From Rebecca billardiae RCC1528 (taxonomy: Eukaryota > Protista > Haptophyta): DNA of 64,000 nucleotides. Shown here piece by piece: positions 57,616-64,000 of this stretch (position 1 is the stretch's first letter; the number at the start of each line of letters is the position of its first letter). The DNA is taken from positions 682,001-746,000 of the forward strand of contig OZ251254.1 of NCBI GenBank assembly GCA_965240325.2. Direction: 5' to 3'. Under the pieces are notes generated by a model. The model was not told where the DNA came from. It searched no databases and worked only from the letters and a program-made list of their open reading frames with translations. Position numbers and translations under genes: made by a program.

Positions 57616-58948
57616 GCGGCGGCGGCGGCGGCAGCGGCGCCGGCACCAGCCCCCCACTGCCCGCCACCGCGGGCGCGCCCGCGCTGATCGGGCCACAAGC
57701 GCCCGTGACTGCGAGCGCGACGACGGCCTCTCACGCACGCGGTGGCATGCGCCATTCGTGCGCGTGCGCGCGCCCGCCGCTCGTCCAGCCCGCCGCCGCC
57801 GAGCCAGGCTCCCCGCAGCGCTCGCCCGCGCGCGCCGCCGCCGCCGCCGCCGACGGCCGCCCGCCGCCGCTGCGCGCCGAGTGCCGCGCGCTGCGCCGAG
57901 ACGTCGGCACGCTGGCGGGCGCGCTGCGCGCGTGCAAGGCGGGGCAGCGCGCGCCGCGCGTCGCGCTGCTGCGCAAGATTGGCGCGGCCGCAGACCCCGC
58001 GCAGACGGCCGCCGCGGCCGAGGCGTGGGGGCACCCCGAGTTTGACGGTGCGTGCGCGCAGCAGCCGCGGCAGGGCGGCGCACCGCGCGCCGCGCTGCGC
58101 GCGCGCGCGCCGCGCCGACGCGCGCGCGCGCGCGGCTCACGCAGGCGCGCCACGCCGCGCCGCGCGCGCGCGTGCCCCCGCCCTGCTCGCGCGCGCGCGC
58201 AGCGGGCGGCCTCCTGAGCGCGCTGCGCGAGCCGCTGCTCGGCGCGCTCGCGGACGGCGCGCTGCCCGTCTGCATGGAGGCCGCCGCCACCGTGCGCGCC
58301 CTCGCGTGCGCGGGCGTGGGCGGGCGCGCACTCTCGCCGTTCGCGGAGGCGGTGCTGCCGGCGGCGCTGCGGCTCACGGCCGCGCCCAACACGCAGCTGG
58401 CGCGCGCGGCGCACGACGCGGCGGTGGCGCTGCTCGACTCGTCCGCCCCGCCCGCGCGGCTGCTCCCCGCCGTCCTCGACGGCGCGCGCGACCGTCGCAA
58501 GCTGCCCCTGCGCCGCCAGTGCCTTGAGTACGCGCGCTACACGCTGCGCACGCGGCCGGCGCGCGAGCTGGAGAAGGCGGCGGCGGCGCTGGACTCGCTG
58601 CTCGCGTCCGCGCTGATCGAGGAGGGCGCGGCGGACGGCGCGCTCGGGCCCGCGCTCGCGGACACGTTCGCCGCGTACGAGCAGCACTGGCCGCGCGCCG
58701 CCGCCGCGATCGCGCGCGCGTGCGGCGCGCCCACGCGCGCCGCGCTCGCGGCCGCGCGCGCGCGCGCCGCGGCCGCGGGCGAGCAGCGCGCGGATGCAGA
58801 CGCAGACGGCGGCGCGGCCGCGGAGGCGGAGGCGGCGGGTGGCGCGGAGGGCGCGCCGAACGGCGCGGCGGGCGGCGGCGCGTGCGAGCGCTCGCCCGCG
58901 CCACCGCCGCGCCTCCTCGGCGCGCGCGCAGAGGAGGGCGGCGGCTAG
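52369..58948 (+). CDS. Kinesin-7 (CENP-E-like) motor with C-terminal CLASP-type TOG/HEAT domain, 6 exons, ~1848 aa (introns 53098-53308, 53554-53736, 53985-54241, 54811-55037, 58048-58202)
   Basis: VAVRVRPL, FAYGQTGTGKT, YMEIYNE, NAHSSRSH, LVDLAGSE, SKLTRLLQPSLGGNA; neck ALLRQYELEIAKLRAEL and KIEGLTRLILVS typical of kinesin-7. Spliced length 5547 nt is in frame. Confidence 0.85.
53999..54100 (+). repeat. 37-bp direct repeat flanking a telomere-like GGGTTAGGGTTAGG insert (intronic)
   Basis: 53999-54035 and 54064-54100 differ at one base; spacer TAGGTGAAGGGTTAGGGTTAGGAGGGGT. Confidence 0.8.
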
Positions 58949-59311
58949 CTTTCGGAATGCGCGCGCTGCTTATGGGCGACAATGTCTGACTGGCCGTGCG
59001 CGTGACCTACTGACCATCAAGTGCTCGTCGCGCTGCCCCGCATCGTTGCTGGAGTCGTCGGTGAGTCTGGCGGCGCGTGTCGTCGACGATGATATATGCG
59101 ATGATGATGTCTAGCGCTATATACACAGTTTACGTACTCATCAGAATATAAGCAGACGCACAGCACAGCTCGTCAGTCACTAGTCAGGCATGATAACGCG
59201 CATGATATTGATGACCATCGTCATCATCATCGTCAAAGGAATGAAAGGGGCGGCCGAGTGAAGGGAGTGTACTACGTTATGGGGCGATACGAGACCAACC
59301 GTCGCGTCAGC

Positions 59312-62300
59312 ATGGCGGCGCTCCTCGTTGTCGCGCTCATCGTCCTGCCGCTCGCCTCCTCGGCCGAGGAGGCGAGCAGCGCGGCGGAGGAGACGTGGGT
59401 GCCCGTGAGCGTGCACGGCGCGGACGGCTCCCCGCCGCACGGCGTGCCGCGCGCCGAGCTCTTCGTCAGCCTCTGCCCGCTCGACTTGACGGCGCCGACG
59501 CGAGGCGGCGGCGGCGGCGGCGCGGCCGCCCGGCCGCCGCCGCCCGAGCGCGCGCCGCCCTCGTTCGCGGAGCTCGTGGCGCGCGCGCGGTGCGACGCGC
59601 CGGGTCGGCTGACCAGCGTGCCGCTCGACGTCGCGCTCGACGCGCTCGGCGACGCCGCCGCCGGCCGCCGCCTCGAGCCGAGCGGGCTGGTCTTTCACAC
59701 TGAGGCCGCGCCGCCCGCGGCGGCGGTGCGCGCGCTGCTCGCGGCGGCGCGCGGCGCGGAGGGCGGCGCGCGCGTGCTGATCGAGCCCGCGCCGCTCGCC
59801 GCGGTGCTCTGGCCCTGCGCCGCGCAGCACGACGGCGCGTCCGCGTGCGCGCGCGCCCAGCTCTCGCTCGCGCGGGACGTGGGCGTGCTGCTCTGCTCCG
59901 CGCTGGCCGTGCGAACCGGCGGCGCGCGCGGCGTGCTGCGGCTGAGCGCGGGCGCGCCGCCGGGCGCGTGCCTCGTCGCGCTGCACGGCGCGCTCTCGCC
60001 GGCGCTCGACGCCATCGTCGCGCGCGCATTCCCGCGCACGCCCTGGCTCTTCGCCGCGCCGGAGCCGGAGCGCTCCCTCTGGCGGCTGCTCGCGCGCGCG
60101 CACGCGCCGCGGCCGGCGCCGGCGGCGCGCGGCGCGGGCTGGGAGGCGGAGTGCGCGGCGCCGAGCGGGCGCGAGGCGCCGGGCGCGGCGGTGCGCGCGC
60201 TGCTGCGCGCGCTGCACGCGGACGAGCTGGGCGCCGCCGAGCCGCAGCCCGACGGGCGGCGGCGGCTGTCCGCGCACTCTGCCGCCGCGCGCTGCGCCGC
60301 GCAGCTTGCCGCCGGCTGCGACGGCGCGCTGAGGGCGTTGGACGCACACGCTGCCGCCGACGCGGCGGCCGGCGGCGAGGGCGGGCCGCGGCCTCGCGCC
60401 GATGCGCACACCTCGGCGCGCGGGCTGGTCCTCGACCTGAGCGCGTCGGCACGAGCGCGGCCGAGCGCGGCGCAGCTGACCGCGCACCACTTTGGGCTGC
60501 GGCCGCAGCCGTGCGCTGAGCAGCCGTGCGCTGAGCAGCCGTGCGGCCTCGGCGGCGCAGCGCGTGACGGCGGCCGGGCGGGCGCTGCCGGCGGCCATGC
60601 GGAGGCTGCCCCCGGCGCGGAGGCAGCGGAGGCGTCGTGGGAGGCGCACGCGGCGGAGGCGCCGAGCGACGCAGGCACGCCGGTGGCGCAGCCGCTGGGG
60701 CGGGAGGCGCGCGAGGCCGAGCACAAGCTGCTCGCCCCTCGGAGCGATCGTCTGCGCGCCCTCGCGCGCCAGGCGGCCACGGAGTGGCTGGGGCGCGCGC
60801 GCGGCGGTGGCGGTGCGCACGGCGGCGGCGCGCCGCCGTCCGAGCCCGCCGCGCCCAGCGGGCGCGCGGGCGGCGCGGCGCCACCCGGCGGTGCGGCCGG
60901 TGGCGCGCAGAGCGGAGCGGCGGCGGCGCGTGGCGGCGGCGCGCGCGCGCCCGCCAACGCCACCGCCACCGCGCAGCTGCCGCCGGCGCGGCCGCCCCTT
61001 CCGCCGCTGCGCCCGCTCCCGGCCGGTGCGCCCGCCGGCTGCGTGCTGCAGTGGCTCGGCTCCGCCGAGTTCGCGGCGCGCTGGTGGGAGCGCGCCCCCG
61101 CGCTGCTGCACACGGACGGCTTCTTCGTCGACGCACCGGGCGCGGAGGGCGCGGCACCGGGCGCACGCGGCGCGCGGGAGGAGGGCGGCGAGGCGGCGGA
61201 GGCGGCGGTGGTGGAGGAGGGCGTCCTCCCGCGCACGGGCGGGGCGGGCGGCCGCCGCATGACCCTCGAGCACATCCTCGACCGCTCCACGCTGTTCACC
61301 CTCGAGCCCGCGGCCGGCGGCAGCGGCGCGCGGCGCGGCGGTGCCGCACCCGAGGGCGCGGACGGCGGCGCGCGGCCGTTCCGGCTTCTGAACGGCTCGT
61401 TCAGCCGGCCGGCGTCGCCGCGCTGGCTGCCGCGCGCGCCCGCGCGGCCGAGTGGCGCGCACGTCGGCGCTGCGCTCGCGGCCGGCCTCACCGCCGTCTT
61501 CAGCTCGGTGCAAAAGTGGCCGGAGGCGGCGAGTGTGCGCGCGCTCGGCCGCGCGCTCGGCCGCGCGCTCGGCCGGCGCGTCCACGTGAACGCGTACCTC
61601 GCCCCGCCCGGACTCGAGGTCGGGATGGCGGCGCACAACGACCGGCACGACTTTGTGGCGGCGCAGCTGAGCGGGCGCAAGCGCTGGCGCGTGTGGCTGC
61701 ACGCGCCGATGATGCTGCCCATCCGAGACGAGGCGCGCGAGTTCGGCGTGAGCACACGCGGCCGCGCGCTCGAGCTCGCCGCCCTCGGCGCGCCGGACGT
61801 GGACGTGGAGCTGCGCCCAGGGCAGCTGCTGTACGTGCCGCGCGGGGCGGTGCACCTCACCTCGACCGCCGCCGTCGCGGCGGGCGCGGCGGACGCGCCG
61901 CCGGCGGCGCGCGCCGCCGGCTCGGCCGAGCGGCGGCCCGACGAGGACGAGGCCGGCGCAGCCGCCGCCGCGCCGCCCGCCGCCGCGGCTGCCGAGGCCG
62001 AGGGCGGCTCCGCCGCCGCGCCCTCACTCCACCTCACCCTCGCCATCGCCACCGACGCGTTCCACGTGCCGTGGGCGCTCGGCGCGAGCGCCGCGCCGAG
62101 CGTGCCGGCGCACGACTTCCTGGCGCGCGCGCTCGCGCAGGCCGTGTCGGCGCGCGCCGAGGCCTCGCTGGACGCGCGCCGCACGGTGCGCGTGGGCGGC
62201 GAGCCGCGCGCCGCGTGGGTTGAGCGCGTGCGCGCCGAGCTGCACGCGGCCGTCGACGAGCTGCTCGGCCCCGACGAGCGCGGCCTCTTCCTGCCGCAGC

Positions 62301-62461
62301 TTGAGGACAGGCTGGACGCGGTGCTGCAGGTGGGCACGCTCGACCTGCTGCCGCCCCCCGGCGCGGAGCGCGCTGAGTTTGAATACTTGCCCGCCCAGGG
62401 TCACGGCGCATGCGCGGAGGCGCGCGCTGATGAGCCTGACTCTGATGCTGTCGGCAGATGA
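59312..62461 (+). CDS. Secretory-pathway JmjC (cupin_4/ROX-type) 2-oxoglutarate oxygenase with degenerate N-terminal sulfotransferase-like domain
   Basis: Signal peptide MAALLVVALIVLPLASSA; NAYLAPP, AHNDRHD (HxD), QLSGRKRW, LRPGQLLYVPRGAVH, SLHLTL. N-terminal EPSGLVFH...VLIEP...FPRTPWLF. Confidence 0.85.
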   Translation: MAALLVVALIVLPLASSAEEASSAAEETWVPVSVHGADGSPPHGVPRAELFVSLCPLDLTAPTRGGGGGGAAARPPPPERAPPSFAELVARARCDAPGRLTSVPLDVALDALGDAAAGRRLEPSGLVFHTEAAPPAAAVRALLAAARGAEGGARVLIEPAPLAAVLWPCAAQHDGASACARAQLSLARDVGVLLCSALAVRTGGARGVLRLSAGAPPGACLVALHGALSPALDAIVARAFPRTPWLFAAPEPERSLWRLLARAHAPRPAPAARGAGWEAECAAPSGREAPGAAVRALLRALHADELGAAEPQPDGRRRLSAHSAAARCAAQLAAGCDGALRALDAHAAADAAAGGEGGPRPRADAHTSARGLVLDLSASARARPSAAQLTAHHFGLRPQPCAEQPCAEQPCGLGGAARDGGRAGAAGGHAEAAPGAEAAEASWEAHAAEAPSDAGTPVAQPLGREAREAEHKLLAPRSDRLRALARQAATEWLGRARGGGGAHGGGAPPSEPAAPSGRAGGAAPPGGAAGGAQSGAAAARGGGARAPANATATAQLPPARPPLPPLRPLPAGAPAGCVLQWLGSAEFAARWWERAPALLHTDGFFVDAPGAEGAAPGARGAREEGGEAAEAAVVEEGVLPRTGGAGGRRMTLEHILDRSTLFTLEPAAGGSGARRGGAAPEGADGGARPFRLLNGSFSRPASPRWLPRAPARPSGAHVGAALAAGLTAVFSSVQKWPEAASVRALGRALGRALGRRVHVNAYLAPPGLEVGMAAHNDRHDFVAAQLSGRKRWRVWLHAPMMLPIRDEAREFGVSTRGRALELAALGAPDVDVELRPGQLLYVPRGAVHLTSTAAVAAGAADAPPAARAAGSAERRPDEDEAGAAAAAPPAAAAAEAEGGSAAAPSLHLTLAIATDAFHVPWALGASAAPSVPAHDFLARALAQAVSARAEASLDARRTVRVGGEPRAAWVERVRAELHAAVDELLGPDERGLFLPQLEDRLDAVLQVGTLDLLPPPGAERAEFEYLPAQGHGACAEARADEPDSDAVGR

Positions 62462-62650
62462 CGACGCGCCGCGTCGCGCGAGACGCCGCCCCGCGGCGGG
62501 CTCCAGCAGTCCCCCAGCGTGGCGGCCGAAGGCCTGGCGCTGTATATATAGTGCGTGCATGCGCGTGACCACTGAAGTCTGAACCAGTCGCGGATACTTA
62601 TATTACTTTGTCGGCGCCGCCTGCCCGCCAGCAGTCGCGCGCGCGAGCTA

Positions 62651-63584
62651 CATAGGGCGGGTCGTCTCAACAATTAATAATCGTCACATCATTCTGACGA
62701 CGACTGAGCTGCACGCCACTGCTCACCCTGCCCCCCTGGGCTGATCCAGGCGGCCCCCACGACCTGTGCACGACGGTTTCACGACGACCCGCAGCGGCGT
62801 CAGCAGCCCCAGCGCGTGTCAGGGCTGGACGGGCAGTTCGGGGCGGCAGCACTCCCGCAGCAGCGCAATAAGCCTGAGGGCGTATCATAGCAGCCTGTCG
62901 CCTGTCGCAGCGCTGGCCAGATCCTGCTGCCGCATGCAGGCTTGTCGTCGTCATCACTGGTCGCGGGCCGTGTGCCCACACAGATCGATCAGGCGCGGCC
63001 TAAGCTATATAAATAGTGCGTGCGCTGCTTGGCAGTGGATCTGGTAACTCCCCTAGGGAGGGCTGCCATGCCACCTGGGGCGGGGCCAGCTCTGAGTGAG
63101 CTCATAGCAGGATGCAGCTGCTGTGGCACAGTGATGCCCATCCCGCCGACCCGCGCCCCCACCGCTGCGCAAGGTCACCTCGGTCGCGGGTCAGCTCCCC
63201 TGCACTGGGAGGCCAGCCCGCAGCAGCACCCGCTGACACACCCCGAGGGTGGCCAGCCACCCGACTAGTGAGGGGGCTGGAGTGGGGCTGGTGCAGCCAA
63301 GAGCTCTGCAGCCTAGCTGCTGGTGGCTGGCCTGCATGGATTTTCAAGCTGACCACCCACTGCTGCCTGCCGCACCCCTTGCTGCAGGCCACCTGGGCTG
63401 CTGCACATGCGCACTCTGGATGGCACCACGGCCCAGCATGGAGAGCTGGCCAAGCAGCCACCCACTCGTCAGAATGGCCAGGGAGTGGGCTGTGCTTGAG
63501 ACCACATCTAGCCAGGCAATCAAGTGCTCACATGCCTGTCCAGTGGCACAAACAGAGATACAGCGCTAATTGTTGAGACCCCTG
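62651..63584. mobile_element. Non-autonomous Tc1/mariner-type TIR element (~930 bp)
   Basis: Inverted 13-bp cores GTCTCAACAATTA (62664-62676) and TAATTGTTGAGAC (63567-63579); right end CCCCTG|TA; left end TA|CA..GGG interrupted by small insertions. Confidence 0.6.
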
Positions 63585-63767
63585 TAGTAGTAGCGGCCGT
63601 GCGCGTAACTGATGGCGCGGCGGATATTAATATCGACGATCACCGCTGAGCTCGCAGTCCGGCGCGGCGGCGGTGACCCTGAATGTCCGGCCGTACGTCC
63701 GCCGAGTATATAGTCCGCGGCGGGCGCGCGCGCATCTGCCGCCGATCCGCGCGCGATCATATAGCAG

Positions 63768-63793
63768 ATATATATATATATATCTATCTATAT
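63768..63793. repeat. (TA)n/(TATC)n microsatellite
   Basis: atatatatatatatatctatctatat. Confidence 0.8.
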
Positions 63794-64000
63794 CCGGACG
63801 ACGATCGATCCCGCGGTAACGTGCAGCGTCCTGGGCTAGCGCCGCGTGCAGTAGTTGATTAGCGCGTAGTAGTCGCGTCCGTATATTCAGCGCCATCACG
63901 CGCTTTGACTCGCTGATACTATACGACTAGCGTATTCGCTAGCTAGCACTACCGCCAGCCGCGCAATTGTACTGATGCTTATTGTAGCGCAGTCTAGTAG

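Noticed and set aside
59180-62337. Minus-strand ORFs of 880-891 aa
   Set aside because: Antisense shadows of the JmjC gene.
1-64000. CRISPR arrays, rRNA or tRNA genes, prokaryotic operons
   Set aside because: None seen; the window is intron-containing eukaryotic DNA and the repeats lack repeat-spacer periodicity.

Overview
Eukaryotic nuclear DNA, extremely GC- and CpG-rich, with compact genes and short GC-rich spliceosomal introns (mostly GT-AG with GTGCGC-like donors, one GC-AG). A bipartite plastid-targeted gene, flagellar genes and the composition suggest a flagellated secondary alga, most plausibly a haptophyte such as Diacronema/Pavlova (inference only). About 19 protein-coding genes are supported. 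Recognised: DUF3110 plastid protein, MFS transporter, IFT43, RBM39-like factor, WDR92, canopy/saposin-like ER protein, membrane multicopper oxidase, CCT1, zinc-ribbon/RGG protein, NHA-type Na+/H+ antiporter, Nup153/Nup1-like FG nucleoporin, kinesin-7 and a secreted JmjC protein. Mobile DNA: a young internally deleted Ty1/copia element (identical 412-bp LTRs, AGTAG TSD), two non-autonomous TIR elements and small dispersed repeats. Most interesting: (1) two paralogous six-transmembrane proteins with a cytosolic TIR/HET-like domain that keeps the WCxxE catalytic motif, with a possible third degenerate TIR protein next to one of them; (2) a CENP-E-like kinesin fused in frame to a CLASP-type TOG domain; (3) the copia deletion derivative, which keeps one open frame with an intact RNase H; (4) a pseudo-sulfotransferase-JmjC fusion; (5) intergenic DNA that appears shaped by micro-duplications or transposon footprints. 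Splice models were read by eye and family calls come from remembered motifs; no searches were run.
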